Of a stretch of DNA of 64,000 bases, positions 29,332-40,443 are shown piece by piece. The position numbers and the translations under genes were made by a program. The notes beneath the pieces are model-generated. The model was not told the DNA's origin, did no database searches, and saw nothing but the letters and a program-made list of their open reading frames with translations. Position 1 is the stretch's first letter. Each line of letters begins with the position of its first letter. The stretch is taken from positions 2,098-66,097 of the forward strand of contig CALDOI010000142.1 of NCBI GenBank assembly GCA_937912115.1, written 5' to 3'. The stretch is from an uncultured Bacteroidota bacterium (GTDB lineage Bacteria; Bacteroidota; Bacteroidia; Bacteroidales; F082).

Positions 29332-30186
29332 ATGTCAAACATCGAAAATCTCAAAAAAATTGCCTCACAGGTAAGGCGTGATATTGTTAGAATGGTTCAT
29401 GGTGTTCAATCAGGACACCCAGGTGGTTCCCTGGGCTGTGCTGATTTTTTAACAGCCATGTATCATGATGTAATGGATTACGACAGGAACAAATTTAATA
29501 TGAATGCTGATAGTGAAGATGTTCTCATCGTTTCAAATGGTCATATAAGTCCGGCATTATACAGTGTTCTTGCGCGTGGAGGCCAATTCCCTGTTGATGA
29601 ACTATCCACATTCAGAATTCTAAATACCCGATTACAAGGTCATCCCGCAACAATGGAAAACCTTCCCGGCATTAGGATTGCAACCGGCTCACTTGGACAA
29701 GGATTATCAGTTTCCAATGGAATAGCCCTGGGTAAAAAGTTGAATAACGATAGCAAGAAAGTATTTTGCCTAATGGGCGATGGCGAACTTGAGGAAGGTC
29801 AGGTTTGGGAAGCAGCTATGTATATTGGATCGCACAATATCAATAATGTTGTTGGGATTGTGGATTTCAACAAGCAGCAAATTGATGGATCAACAAATGA
29901 TGTTCTTCCCTTGGGCGATCTTAGGGCAAAATTCGAGTCGTTTGGTTGGGAAGTAAAAGAGATGAATGGTAACGAGATGGAAGAGGTTGTTGTTACAATG
30001 ACTAAAATTAAAGAAACAACAAATAGTAGCAAACCTATTCTTGTGTTAATGCATACCGAAATGGGTATGGGTGTTGATTTTATGATGGGTTCACATAAGT
30101 GGCATGGTATTCCTCCAAACGATGATCAATTGGAAGCTGCACTTGCCCAATTGGAAGAAACTATTGGTGATTATAACAGCAATTAA
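29332..30186 (+). CDS. Transketolase, N-terminal (TPP-binding) subunit
   Basis: SGHPGGSL, SNGH, LQGHP, TGSLGQG, GDGELEEGQVWEA, WHG. Confidence 0.95.
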   Translation: MSNIENLKKIASQVRRDIVRMVHGVQSGHPGGSLGCADFLTAMYHDVMDYDRNKFNMNADSEDVLIVSNGHISPALYSVLARGGQFPVDELSTFRILNTRLQGHPATMENLPGIRIATGSLGQGLSVSNGIALGKKLNNDSKKVFCLMGDGELEEGQVWEAAMYIGSHNINNVVGIVDFNKQQIDGSTNDVLPLGDLRAKFESFGWEVKEMNGNEMEEVVVTMTKIKETTNSSKPILVLMHTEMGMGVDFMMGSHKWHGIPPNDDQLEAALAQLEETIGDYNSN

Positions 30187-30207
30187 GATATATCTCAAAG
30201 TAATTTC

Positions 30208-31593
30208 GTGAAAAGACTGACCAAATATATAATAGTTCTGATGCTGGGTTTGAATAGCATGCAGATAATTGGTCAAACAACCTCAACTACCGAAGATACA
30301 CAACCTACTACAAGAATCTTATTCGTGATGGACGCATCGCGAAGCATGACTGGAAAGTGGCAGGGGGAAAGCAAATATGTAATTGCACGTACAATCCTAT
30401 CCCAAATCTTAGATAGCATAAAGAGTATTGATAATGTGCAAGTTGCCTTAAGGGTATATGGTCATACTAAAAATTTTCCGCCTCAAAATTGTAACGATAC
30501 TCATTTGGAAGTTCCTTTTAGTGATGACAATGTTGAGCAGATAAAATTCCGCTTAAAACAATTATCACCACGTGGCACATCGCCCATTGCATCCTCATTA
30601 CTTAAATCAAAAGATGATTTTACACCATGTAATAATTGCAGAAATATTATTATTCTGATAACCGATGGAATAGAAGAATGTAATGGCGACATTTGTGAGG
30701 TAAGTGCCGCCTTGCAGAAAGAAGGCATTATATTAAAACCATTTATTATTGGAATTGGACATGACACCCATGAAGCCTATGACTGTGCCGGCCAGTACTA
30801 TAATGCTGCTAATAAAGAACAATTTACCAAAGCTCTTAATGTAATTATTACGCGAGTACTTAGCAAAACCAGCTTACAGGTAAATTTACTCGACCAATAT
30901 AATCGTCCTACCGAATCGAATGTTAACATGACCTTCATTAATAAGAAATCGGGCGATATTGCCTATAATTTCGTGCACACACTTAATAGCAAAGGTTTTC
31001 CTGACACCTTAAATATTGACCATCTGGTTAATTACAAAATTGTTGTAAACACAATTCCTCCTCGTGTTATTGATTCGGTAATGCTTATTGAAGGAAAACA
31101 CTCAACAGTATCTACCTCCTGTCCGCAGGGAAGCTTGCTTGTTAAACTTCAGGGACCAACAAAGGCCGACTTTAACCCTTCTGTAATTATCAAATCAAAT
31201 AATTACACAAATGCATTAAATGTTCAGTATTTAAATGAAAGCGTTGATTATATTTCAGGGAAATACAAACTGGATATATTAACACTTCCGCCAATTCATC
31301 TTGATAATGTTAAGATTGAACCTGACAATCAAACAAAAATTGAGATCGAAAACCCCGGCATTGCTGTTCTTCAAAAAAGCATTAAAGGATATGGTAGCAT
31401 TTATTATCTGGATGGCAAAAACCAGATTTGGGTAATAAATGTAGGCAGCAATTCAAATCAAACAGAGTCGTTATATTTACAACCAGGTAAGTACCGCCTT
31501 GTATTCAGATCAAAATATGTATTACAATCGGCAACAACGATTGAGCAAGAATTCGAAATAAAATCAGAAAAAACAACTCGCATTAAACTATAA
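30208..31593 (+). CDS. Exported von Willebrand factor A domain protein
   Basis: Signal peptide; MIDAS motif DASRS; LRVYGH; GTSPIA; ITDGIEEC; beta-rich C-terminus. Confidence 0.85.
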   Translation: MKRLTKYIIVLMLGLNSMQIIGQTTSTTEDTQPTTRILFVMDASRSMTGKWQGESKYVIARTILSQILDSIKSIDNVQVALRVYGHTKNFPPQNCNDTHLEVPFSDDNVEQIKFRLKQLSPRGTSPIASSLLKSKDDFTPCNNCRNIIILITDGIEECNGDICEVSAALQKEGIILKPFIIGIGHDTHEAYDCAGQYYNAANKEQFTKALNVIITRVLSKTSLQVNLLDQYNRPTESNVNMTFINKKSGDIAYNFVHTLNSKGFPDTLNIDHLVNYKIVVNTIPPRVIDSVMLIEGKHSTVSTSCPQGSLLVKLQGPTKADFNPSVIIKSNNYTNALNVQYLNESVDYISGKYKLDILTLPPIHLDNVKIEPDNQTKIEIENPGIAVLQKSIKGYGSIYYLDGKNQIWVINVGSNSNQTESLYLQPGKYRLVFRSKYVLQSATTIEQEFEIKSEKTTRIKL

Positions 31594-31598
31594 TAATA

Positions 31599-32552
31599 AT
31601 GGGTAAGTATAATATTATAGACCATCAAGATACAAGGTCAGGATTTGGAGAAGCACTATTGGAATTAGGAAAAACAAACCCAAAAGTGGTAGCTCTTGTG
31701 GCCGATTTAACCGGCTCACTTAAGATGGATGCATTTGCAGCTTCATTTCCTGACAGGTTTTTTCAGATGGGAATAGCTGAAGCTAATATGATGGGAACTG
31801 CTGCCGGACTCACAATTGGTGGGTACATACCTTTCACCGGGACTTTTGCAAACTTTTCCACAGGTCGCGTTTACGATCAGATAAGGCAGTCAATTGCCTA
31901 TTCAGGAAAAAATGTGAAGATCTGCGCATCCCACGCAGGTATTACTTTGGGTGAAGATGGTGCCACTCATCAAATTCTAGAAGATATAGGATTGATGAAA
32001 ATGTTACCCGGCATGACTGTAATTAACACATGTGATTTCAATCAAACTAAGCAAGCTACCTTAGCAATTGCGGATTATGAAGGGCCAGTTTATCTAAGAT
32101 TCGGAAGACCAAAGGTTCCCAATTTCATTCCTATGGATAGTGAGTTTGAAATAGGTAAAGGTATTACTCTTAAAAAAGGTACTGATGTAAGTATAATCGC
32201 CACTGGCCATTTAGTTTGGAAAGCACTTGAAGCTGCCGATGCATTAAGCAAATTGGGTATTGATGCTGAGGTAATTAACATACACACTATAAAACCTCTT
32301 GACATAGAACTAATCATTGAATCAGCAAGAAAAACAGGATGCGTAGTAACTGCCGAAGAACATCAAATAAATGGTGGGTTGGGAGATAGTGTTGCCCAAT
32401 TACTATCTCAACAATTACCAACTCCAATCGAGTTTATTGCTGTTATGGATATTTTTGGTCAAAGTGGTAAGCCCGAACGACTAATGAAACATTATGGACT
32501 TGATACATCCAATATAATTGAGGCAGCTAAAAAGGCAATCTCAAGAAAATAG
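31599..32552 (+). CDS. Transketolase, C-terminal subunit
   Basis: ADLTGS, GIAEANM, RVYDQIRQ, GEDGATHQ, YLRFGR, TIKPLD, EEHQINGGLG. Confidence 0.95.
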   Translation: MGKYNIIDHQDTRSGFGEALLELGKTNPKVVALVADLTGSLKMDAFAASFPDRFFQMGIAEANMMGTAAGLTIGGYIPFTGTFANFSTGRVYDQIRQSIAYSGKNVKICASHAGITLGEDGATHQILEDIGLMKMLPGMTVINTCDFNQTKQATLAIADYEGPVYLRFGRPKVPNFIPMDSEFEIGKGITLKKGTDVSIIATGHLVWKALEAADALSKLGIDAEVINIHTIKPLDIELIIESARKTGCVVTAEEHQINGGLGDSVAQLLSQQLPTPIEFIAVMDIFGQSGKPERLMKHYGLDTSNIIEAAKKAISRK

Positions 32553-32664
32553 ACAGACAGTAGAAGAATACATTTATACTGAGGTTTCTGTTTACAATAT
32601 TTCATCTCTGTATTTCATTATTTGGGTATATTCGCAATTGTATTAATTAAAAAGTACATAGCAA

Positions 32665-34611
32665 TTGAATCCAAAATCATTCATAAAAACTATTCTAATT
32701 ATTGGTGCTATGATACTAAATTCATACACCTTCTCACAGAGAGAACAGAATAAATGTGATACAGTTAATATTATTGCTCCAGCATATTTAGTATTAAACG
32801 ACTCATCCATACACATAAATAGGGATACAACTCAGATAATTTGCAGTAAATATATTGTACTAACCAAGAAAAATGGATACACGCTTTATTCAAAACTAGT
32901 TAAAGAATCGAATAAACATGAATTGGTAGACAAACTTTTTCAATTGCTAATAGCCTCCAGCACTCAAGACACAATGCTAATTAAGAAGGCATTAATGGAT
33001 GCAGAGGATGCCTATACTCCCTATTCCGGCAAAATTATCAAGGATATCGAAATTCAGGTTCTTAAACCATTCGGGCCAACAATAAGTGATACAAACCTAC
33101 CTGTAATTTCAACCTGGGGTGAGGCATTGAACAAATCGCACATAAGTACGAATAAAAAAGTTATTGAACGTAAATTAATGTTTCAGGTAAACGATACAAT
33201 AGATCCATTTGAGCTGGTAGAAAACACAAATGAGTTAGCAGGTCTCCCCTATCTTCAAGATGCCACAATTATTGTTTCTGATATTAAAGGAGATTCAGTA
33301 AGCATTCTGGTACTGGTTAAGGATAAGTTTCCATGGTTACCCGGAATAAATATTTATGATATCAATCATATGTCGGCCTACTTAACTAACGTCAATATCC
33401 TCGGATTGGGGCACTCATTAAAAGCAGGGCTTACAATGGATGCAAAAAGTTCTCCCCTACTATATTTATCCGATGTAAACTATTACATTGATAATTTATA
33501 TAAACAGATTAAAAGTACTGTAAACTATCAAATATCGGATAATGATATAACATATCAGCTAATGCTGAATCGAGATATTGTTCCACTTAGTGTGCGTGCT
33601 GGAGGTGGTTTGGAGGTTACACAACGAGAAGAAAATATTGGTATTGATCCAACCAGCATTAACAAAACCGTATGGTATTTTAAGTATAGATATTATGAGT
33701 TATGGACATCATATTTATTTTATGATAAATCAAAAAAAAATAAGGCCAACCGGAAAGATGTGTACCTTATTCCGGGGGTTGCTGCTTATAAAAAAGATTA
33801 TCAGTACAGGCCATATGTAGCAATTGATAGCAATAACCGCTTCGAAAACTACACAAGATTATTAAGCAATTTTGCAATTGCAAAACAAAATTATTACCGA
33901 ACCAATTACCTTAAAAGTTTTGGAAAGGCTGAGTATATACCATATGGGTTTCAAGCAACAATTACCGGGGGATATACCTGGTCGGAATTTATGAAAAGTC
34001 CATATTTTGGTTTTGGATTGGCTGTAACAGAATATTTCAACAATGTTGGATACTTTTTTGGAAATATCGAAATAGGATCACATTATTCTACCAAACTTGA
34101 GCAAGGAGCACTAAAACTGAACCTTTCGTTTCTTTCAAGTATTTTTAATAAGGATAGATATAAATATCGATTTCTTGCAAACCTAAATTTTACTAATGGA
34201 ATAAACCGTTACACAAATGATCTATTGTATTTAGGCGAAGACTACGGTTTTATAGGTATGAGAGATAATGCCTGGTATGGGCAAAAACGAATGTTTTTAG
34301 AACTATTCACAATACAATACACGCCATGGTATCTGTTTGGTTTTAGATTTGCCATGTTTGGATTTTGTAGTGCAGGACTATTGGGAGAGTCAGATCATCC
34401 AATTTTCAAAAATCAAATTTTAAGTTCAGTTGGAATAGGAGTGTATTCGCAAAACGATTTTTTAGCTTTTAATTCGTTTCAATTCAGGGTTGCCTACTTC
34501 CCGGTTACCCCGAGTGGAATATCTCATTTCGGTGTATCCTTTTCAACTATCGGGTTAATCGATCAACTTAGCTTCCTAAATACAAAACCTCATGTGGTAG
34601 AATACAACTAA
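32665..34611 (+). CDS. Putative Omp85 (BamA/TamA-like) outer membrane protein
   Basis: Signal peptide; POTRA-like H.ST...VI...L.F..ND..DP..L.E...L..LPYLQDA; long aromatic-rich beta-strand C-terminal region. Confidence 0.65.
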   Translation: MNPKSFIKTILIIGAMILNSYTFSQREQNKCDTVNIIAPAYLVLNDSSIHINRDTTQIICSKYIVLTKKNGYTLYSKLVKESNKHELVDKLFQLLIASSTQDTMLIKKALMDAEDAYTPYSGKIIKDIEIQVLKPFGPTISDTNLPVISTWGEALNKSHISTNKKVIERKLMFQVNDTIDPFELVENTNELAGLPYLQDATIIVSDIKGDSVSILVLVKDKFPWLPGINIYDINHMSAYLTNVNILGLGHSLKAGLTMDAKSSPLLYLSDVNYYIDNLYKQIKSTVNYQISDNDITYQLMLNRDIVPLSVRAGGGLEVTQREENIGIDPTSINKTVWYFKYRYYELWTSYLFYDKSKKNKANRKDVYLIPGVAAYKKDYQYRPYVAIDSNNRFENYTRLLSNFAIAKQNYYRTNYLKSFGKAEYIPYGFQATITGGYTWSEFMKSPYFGFGLAVTEYFNNVGYFFGNIEIGSHYSTKLEQGALKLNLSFLSSIFNKDRYKYRFLANLNFTNGINRYTNDLLYLGEDYGFIGMRDNAWYGQKRMFLELFTIQYTPWYLFGFRFAMFGFCSAGLLGESDHPIFKNQILSSVGIGVYSQNDFLAFNSFQFRVAYFPVTPSGISHFGVSFSTIGLIDQLSFLNTKPHVVEYN

Positions 34612-34661
34612 TGAATCCAATCTACGAAGGTGGACTTCAAATGAATATAAAAAAATTCTAT

Positions 34662-35750
34662 TTATCCTTTATAAAATGGTGGACGCTGAACAATAGCTTT
34701 TGCCAGTTTATTTCTTACTTTGATAAAAATTTCTGAACCATCTTTCCAGTAAGGTTTTGTGATATAAGCCATTCCAATACCTTTTTTAAGCATAGGCGAC
34801 ATGGTACCGGATGTTACTTCTCCAATTACATTTTCATCTGCATCTGTTACTTCATAATGTTGACGAGGAATAGCCCGTTCCTCCATTACAAACCCTTTTA
34901 AACGCATTGGTACTCCATTTTCTTTTTGAGATTCAAAAAGGTCTCTATCAATAAAATCATTGCCATTGGTAAATTTGGTAATCCAACCTAAACCTGCTGC
35001 CAGTGGCGATGTAGTATCATCAATATCGTTTCCATAAAGGCAAAATCCTGATTCTAATCGAAGTGTATCACGGGCACCCAGTCCTATCGGTTTAATGCCA
35101 AATTCTTCACCGGCTTCAAATACAGCTTTATAAATTTTTTCTGCATCAGAATTTTTCATATAAATCTCACAGCCACCTGATCCGGTATAACCAGTTGTTG
35201 AAAAAATCACATCTTTAACTCCGGCAAACTCAATTACCTTAAAAGTATAATACTCCATATCTTCAACAGAAGTACTTGTTAACTTTTGCATCGCCTTTAA
35301 TGCAAGAGGTCCTTGAACTGCAAGCTGGCTAATTTCTTCAGAAGCATTTGTTAGTTTTGCTCCCACATCATTATGTTTAACCACATTATTCCAGTCTTTT
35401 TCAATATTTGAGGCATTAACAACAAGTAGATATTTCTCCTTATTAAATCTGTAAACCAGAAGATCATCCACAATACCACCATCGCCGTTTGGGAAACAAC
35501 TATATTGCACCTTACCATCAGTTAAAGCTGCAACATCATTAGTTGTTACTTTTTGAACTAACGAGAAAGCATTTGAGCCTTCAACCCAAAACTCACCCAT
35601 GTGACTTACATCAAAAACACCTAATTTAGTTCTAACTGTTTCGTGTTCAATATTAATACCTTCGAACTGAACAGGCATATCAAATCCAACAAATTCGACC
35701 ATTTTGGCGCCCATCTGGCGATGCATATTATTTAAAGCTGTCTTCTTCAT
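34662..35750 (-). CDS. gcvT: Glycine cleavage system aminomethyltransferase T
   Basis: GVFDVSHMGE, GGIVDDLLVY, VVNASN, TGYTG, GLGARDTLRLE, GEVTSGT. Confidence 0.97.
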   Translation of the reverse strand: MKKTALNNMHRQMGAKMVEFVGFDMPVQFEGINIEHETVRTKLGVFDVSHMGEFWVEGSNAFSLVQKVTTNDVAALTDGKVQYSCFPNGDGGIVDDLLVYRFNKEKYLLVVNASNIEKDWNNVVKHNDVGAKLTNASEEISQLAVQGPLALKAMQKLTSTSVEDMEYYTFKVIEFAGVKDVIFSTTGYTGSGGCEIYMKNSDAEKIYKAVFEAGEEFGIKPIGLGARDTLRLESGFCLYGNDIDDTTSPLAAGLGWITKFTNGNDFIDRDLFESQKENGVPMRLKGFVMEERAIPRQHYEVTDADENVIGEVTSGTMSPMLKKGIGMAYITKPYWKDGSEIFIKVRNKLAKAIVQRPPFYKG

Positions 35751-35772
35751 ATCTTAATAAAAAATTATGCTG

Positions 35773-35780
35773 CAAAATTA
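35773..35780 (-). promoter_or_regulatory. -7 promoter element TAATTTTG
   Basis: Exact TAnnTTTG 23 nt upstream of gcvT. Confidence 0.6.
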
Positions 35781-35980
35781 AATAAAAACAGTAATTTTTG
35801 ATAAAATCAATCCATTAGTTCGCAAAAGTTATCAACCTTAAGACTATAGCTTTAACAGATGCTTTAGGTATTATTACACGTCACTAACAAGTTTCTTTAT
35901 AATTCCTACTTGTATAATTGAATTAACCTATATATTTTTACTGTCTTTTATAAAATCGCAAGTAAAAAAAAATAATTGAT

Positions 35981-38119
35981 ATGAAAACAAAAATAGTACT
36001 ACTAACAGTAATTGGATTTATGTTTCTAACACAACAATGTCAACCTCCGAAAGAAAAAATTAAGTATCCTGTGGCTAAGAAAACAGATAGTGTTGATGTA
36101 TATTTTGGAAAAAAAGTTAACGATCCATATAGATGGCTTGAAGATGATAATTCTGAGGAAACAGCGCTATGGGTGACTGAGGAAAACACAGTAACAAATG
36201 CCTATCTCGACAAAATTCCATTTCGGCCTGCCTTAGAGAAACGATTAACTGAAATTTGGAATTATCCAAAATATGGAGTGCCTTTTAATAAAGGTGACTA
36301 TTATTTCTTTTTTAAGAATAATGGCGTTCAGAACCAGAGTGTAATGTATATTCAAAATGGATTGGACGGTGATCCTGAAGTTCTACTTGACCCAAACACT
36401 TTATCGGAAGACGGTACTGTTGCATTATCATCATTAGGCATATCAAAAGATGGAAGCTATCTTGCCTATGGTATTTCGCGAGGCGGATCCGATTGGAACG
36501 AAATTTATGTAATGAATATTGCTACTCGTGAAATACTTGAAGATCATATTAATTGGGTAAAATTTTCCGGTATAAGTTGGAAAGGAGATGGCTTTTTCTA
36601 TTCTTCATATGATGAGCCTAAAGAAGGCGATGAGCTTTCAGGACAAAACCAATTTCACAAGGTTTACTTCCACCAACTTGGTAAATCCCAAAAAGATGAT
36701 TTGCTGATATTTGAAGATAATGATAACCCATTACGTAATTTTTACGCATACCTTACTGAAGATGAAAAATTCCTCATCATTGGTGAAACCGAGAGTACTA
36801 GCGGAAATGCACTTTATGCAGCTAAACTTAATAAATTAACCGATATTAAATTCACAAAAATTGCGGAAGGATTTGATTATGATTACAATGTTGTAGATAA
36901 CATAGGTGATGAACTATTGTTGATCACAAACCACAAAGCTCCAAATAAGAAATTAATCCTGACACAATACAACAACTCCGACCCAACAAAATGGAATATT
37001 TTAATTCCTGAAAGTGAAAATGTATTGGAAGGAGCATCATTAGTGGGCGAATTGCTTTTTACTCAGTATCTAAAAGATGCCAGTTCAAAGGCCTATTTCT
37101 ATAACATTGACGGGAGTTTTGTTAGAGAACTTGAATTACCTGCAATTGGTACTTTATCAGGATTTAATGGTGAAAAAAATAAGAACACCGCTTTTTATGG
37201 TTTCACATCTTTTACTTTTCCTTCAAGTGTGTACAAATTCGACGTTGCAAATGGGAAATCGGCATTAATGCATAGTTCGGAAGTTGATTTTGATCCTGAA
37301 AAATATATTACAAATCAAATATTTTATGAAAGTAAAGATGGCACAAAAGTTCCTATGTTTATTATCCATAAAAAAGGATTAAAAATGGATGGCAATAACC
37401 CAACTATGCTTTATGCATATGGTGGGTTTAACATCAGTCTTACACCCAGCTTTAGCATCAGCCGATCAGCTTTTATTGAGCAAGGCGGAATTTATGTTAT
37501 GGCTAACTTACGTGGTGGTGGTGAATATGGTGAAGAGTGGCATGAAGCTGGAACTAAACTCCAAAAACAAAATGTATTTGACGATTTTATATATGCTGCC
37601 AAATACCTAATCAAAAATAAGTATACATCATCCGAAAAATTAGCGATCATTGGAGGATCCAATGGAGGACTTCTGGTTGGAGCATGTATGACTCAACAGC
37701 CCGAATTATTTAAAGTAGCCATACCAATAGTTGGGGTAATGGATATGTTAAGATACCATAATTTTACAATTGGATGGGCCTGGGCCTCTGATTATGGCCG
37801 CAGTGACGATGATGAAGAAATGTTTAAATATCTACTTGGATATTCACCATTGCACAATATTAAGAAGGGTGTTAATTATCCGGCAACACTTGCAATAACA
37901 GCTGATCATGATGATAGAGTTGTACCTGCACATACCTTTAAATTTATGGCAACCTTACAAGAAAATAATGGGGGGAAGAACCCTGTGTTAGTTCGTATTG
38001 AAACCAAAGCAGGCCATGGTGCCGGCAAACCAACGACCAAACAAATTAGTGAAGCTGCAGATATGTATAGCTTCATCATGTACAATCTGGGAATGAAACC
38101 AAAATTTAATGATCAGTAA
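35981..38119 (+). CDS. Prolyl oligopeptidase (S9A), probable lipoprotein
   Basis: DPYRWLED, SKDGTKVPMF, YGGFN, GGSNGG (Ser), DHDDRV (Asp), AGHGAG (His). Confidence 0.95.
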   Translation: MKTKIVLLTVIGFMFLTQQCQPPKEKIKYPVAKKTDSVDVYFGKKVNDPYRWLEDDNSEETALWVTEENTVTNAYLDKIPFRPALEKRLTEIWNYPKYGVPFNKGDYYFFFKNNGVQNQSVMYIQNGLDGDPEVLLDPNTLSEDGTVALSSLGISKDGSYLAYGISRGGSDWNEIYVMNIATREILEDHINWVKFSGISWKGDGFFYSSYDEPKEGDELSGQNQFHKVYFHQLGKSQKDDLLIFEDNDNPLRNFYAYLTEDEKFLIIGETESTSGNALYAAKLNKLTDIKFTKIAEGFDYDYNVVDNIGDELLLITNHKAPNKKLILTQYNNSDPTKWNILIPESENVLEGASLVGELLFTQYLKDASSKAYFYNIDGSFVRELELPAIGTLSGFNGEKNKNTAFYGFTSFTFPSSVYKFDVANGKSALMHSSEVDFDPEKYITNQIFYESKDGTKVPMFIIHKKGLKMDGNNPTMLYAYGGFNISLTPSFSISRSAFIEQGGIYVMANLRGGGEYGEEWHEAGTKLQKQNVFDDFIYAAKYLIKNKYTSSEKLAIIGGSNGGLLVGACMTQQPELFKVAIPIVGVMDMLRYHNFTIGWAWASDYGRSDDDEEMFKYLLGYSPLHNIKKGVNYPATLAITADHDDRVVPAHTFKFMATLQENNGGKNPVLVRIETKAGHGAGKPTTKQISEAADMYSFIMYNLGMKPKFNDQ

Positions 38120-38126
38120 ACAAAAC

Positions 38127-38157
38127 TTAACATTAAAATAATATTAGATTATAATTC
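38127..38157 (+). promoter_or_regulatory. Possible Pho-box-like 11-bp-spaced direct repeat
   Basis: TAACATTA (38128) and TAATATTA (38139), with a weaker third unit (38150), upstream of the phosphate transporter. Confidence 0.35.
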
Positions 38158-38205
38158 AATAGGTGTATGTTTTGTACTCTTGCAAAAAATTAAACTAATT
38201 TAAAA

Positions 38206-40443
38206 ATGGAAACTATTTATTTAGTAATTGTTGTACTACTCTTTTTGTTGGCAGCATCCGATCTGGTTGTTGGTGTAAGTAACGATGCCGTTAACTTTTT
38301 GAATTCTGCTGTGGGATCAAAAGTGGCATCTTTCAGAGTTATAATGTTTGTTGCTGCCATTGGTATACTCATTGGAGCAGTATTTTCAAGTGGAATGATG
38401 GAAGTGGCCCGAAAGGGAATATTTAATCCGGGTGAATTTTACTTTAGTGAAATAATGATAATTTTCATGGCAGTTATGGTTACTGATGTAATCCTATTAG
38501 ACGCATATAACACATGGGGATTACCAACATCAACAACAGTTTCAATTGTATTCGAATTACTTGGGGCGGCAGTAGGAATGGCTTCTATAAAACTTCTAAT
38601 GAGTGATGGAGACATGACCATGAGTCAATTTATTAACTCATCCAAAGCATTGGCAATTATATCAGGCATACTACTATCGGTTGCCGTAGCATTTTCGGTG
38701 GGTGCATTGATTCAATATATAACACGAATCGCATTCTCGTTTAATTTTGAAAAACGTATTAAGTACATTGGAGCTATTTGGGGAGGTATCGCCTTTTCTG
38801 CTCTAACCTATTTCATTCTGATAAAAGGTGCCAAAGGTGCATCATTTATGTCGGAAGATATTAAAAGTTGGATCTCTGAAAACAGTTTATTGATAATTTT
38901 TTACAGCCTTATTGGCTGGACTGTAATTTTACAGATACTCTATTTGCTATTCCGAATTAACATTCTTAAAATTATTGTATTAGTAGGGACCTTTTCGCTG
39001 GCTATGGCATTTGCCGGCAACGACCTGGTAAACTTCATCGGTGTTCCTATTGCAGGGTTTAATTCATGGGAGATATTTACCGCTGCTGATGGAGCAAGTC
39101 CCGATGGATTTTTAATGACTGCGCTTGGAGGTAAAGTTCCCACACCTGAAATATTCTTATTGATTGCAGGCGCAATAATGGTACTTACTCTATATCTAAG
39201 TAAAAAAGCCAGATCGGTACTTAAAACTTCCATTGATTTAAGCAGGCAAGGTGAAGGCGAAGAAAGATTCCGCGCAACCTGGATTTCAAAGTTACTGGTT
39301 CGCTCATCTTTACAGGCATCAAATAATATTAAAAAAGTATTACCAAATTCATTTACAGATGTAATTGAAAGACAATTCGAACCCGCTCCAGTAAATAAAA
39401 CATTAAAAGATCCACCTGCATTTGACCTGATTAGGGCTTCGGTTAACCTTACCGTAGCAAGTGTGCTTATTGCATTTGGAACATCTCTTAAACTGCCTCT
39501 TTCAACAACATATGTTACTTTTATGGTTGCGATGGGAACATCGCTAGCCGATAATGCCTGGGGGCGTGAAAGTGCAGTATATCGTATTTCAGGTGTACTT
39601 GCCGTTATTGGCGGGTGGTTTTTAACAGCTCTAAGTGCTTTTACAGCTGCATTTATTATGGTTTACATTTTTAATTATGGTGGCCTATATAGTATGTTTG
39701 GCATGCTTGGAGTGGTTGTTTATATAATTTACCGATCACATAAGCATCACAAAAAATCTACAAATGTAAAAGATGATGATACCCAAGGAATCCATAGTCT
39801 TTCAGAAGAAAATATTGCCGATAAATCGATTACAACTATTACCAAGAATCTAAAGAAAGTTGCAATTGCTTATTCTGATATAGTTAAGGGACTTGAAACT
39901 GAAGACAAAAAGGATATCAAACGTATCAAAAGTGAACTTGACTCTGTTACTGCCAAAACAAAGTATCTTAAAGATCATATTAATATTATCGTCAATAAGC
40001 TACGAAAAGACTCAGATGATACCGCATATTACTTTGTTCAGGTACTCGATTTCATGCGTGAAATACTCCATGCGATATCTTATATTGCTGGCCCTGTGTA
40101 TATACATATTGATAATAACCATAAGCCTTTGGTTGCTGAGCAAATAAATGAACTTAAAAAGCTTGATATAATGCTTAATAAATTACTAAGTAATATTGTT
40201 TCAAGTATTGAATCAGGAGATTACAGCTCGCAAAATGAAATACAGGCATTACTTAATAAGTTTGTTAATCTTATCGAACTATCGAATAAGAAACAAATTA
40301 AACGAATTAAAAACGGGTTAGTAGGAACTAAAAATAGTTTACTTTTTATGACTATAATTAACGAAAGTAAACACCTTGCATTGTATGCTGTAAATCTATA
40401 TAAATCGCAACGTGATTTCGTAGATTACAAAATCAAAGAATGA
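38206..40443 (+). CDS. PiT family inorganic phosphate transporter with C-terminal helical (PhoU-like) domain
   Basis: GVSNDAVNF, GLPTSTT, AFAGNDLVNF, LPLSTTYV; soluble helical C-terminal region. Confidence 0.9.
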   Translation: METIYLVIVVLLFLLAASDLVVGVSNDAVNFLNSAVGSKVASFRVIMFVAAIGILIGAVFSSGMMEVARKGIFNPGEFYFSEIMIIFMAVMVTDVILLDAYNTWGLPTSTTVSIVFELLGAAVGMASIKLLMSDGDMTMSQFINSSKALAIISGILLSVAVAFSVGALIQYITRIAFSFNFEKRIKYIGAIWGGIAFSALTYFILIKGAKGASFMSEDIKSWISENSLLIIFYSLIGWTVILQILYLLFRINILKIIVLVGTFSLAMAFAGNDLVNFIGVPIAGFNSWEIFTAADGASPDGFLMTALGGKVPTPEIFLLIAGAIMVLTLYLSKKARSVLKTSIDLSRQGEGEERFRATWISKLLVRSSLQASNNIKKVLPNSFTDVIERQFEPAPVNKTLKDPPAFDLIRASVNLTVASVLIAFGTSLKLPLSTTYVTFMVAMGTSLADNAWGRESAVYRISGVLAVIGGWFLTALSAFTAAFIMVYIFNYGGLYSMFGMLGVVVYIIYRSHKHHKKSTNVKDDDTQGIHSLSEENIADKSITTITKNLKKVAIAYSDIVKGLETEDKKDIKRIKSELDSVTAKTKYLKDHINIIVNKLRKDSDDTAYYFVQVLDFMREILHAISYIAGPVYIHIDNNHKPLVAEQINELKKLDIMLNKLLSNIVSSIESGDYSSQNEIQALLNKFVNLIELSNKKQIKRIKNGLVGTKNSLLFMTIINESKHLALYAVNLYKSQRDFVDYKIKE

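Noticed and set aside
35798..35810. FNR box TTGAT-AAA-ATCAA
   Set aside because: The spacer is 3 nt rather than the required 4.
35751..35980. Glycine riboswitch upstream of gcvT
   Set aside because: The promoter element lies only 23 nt from the start, and no GGAGA/GAAG aptamer cores are visible.
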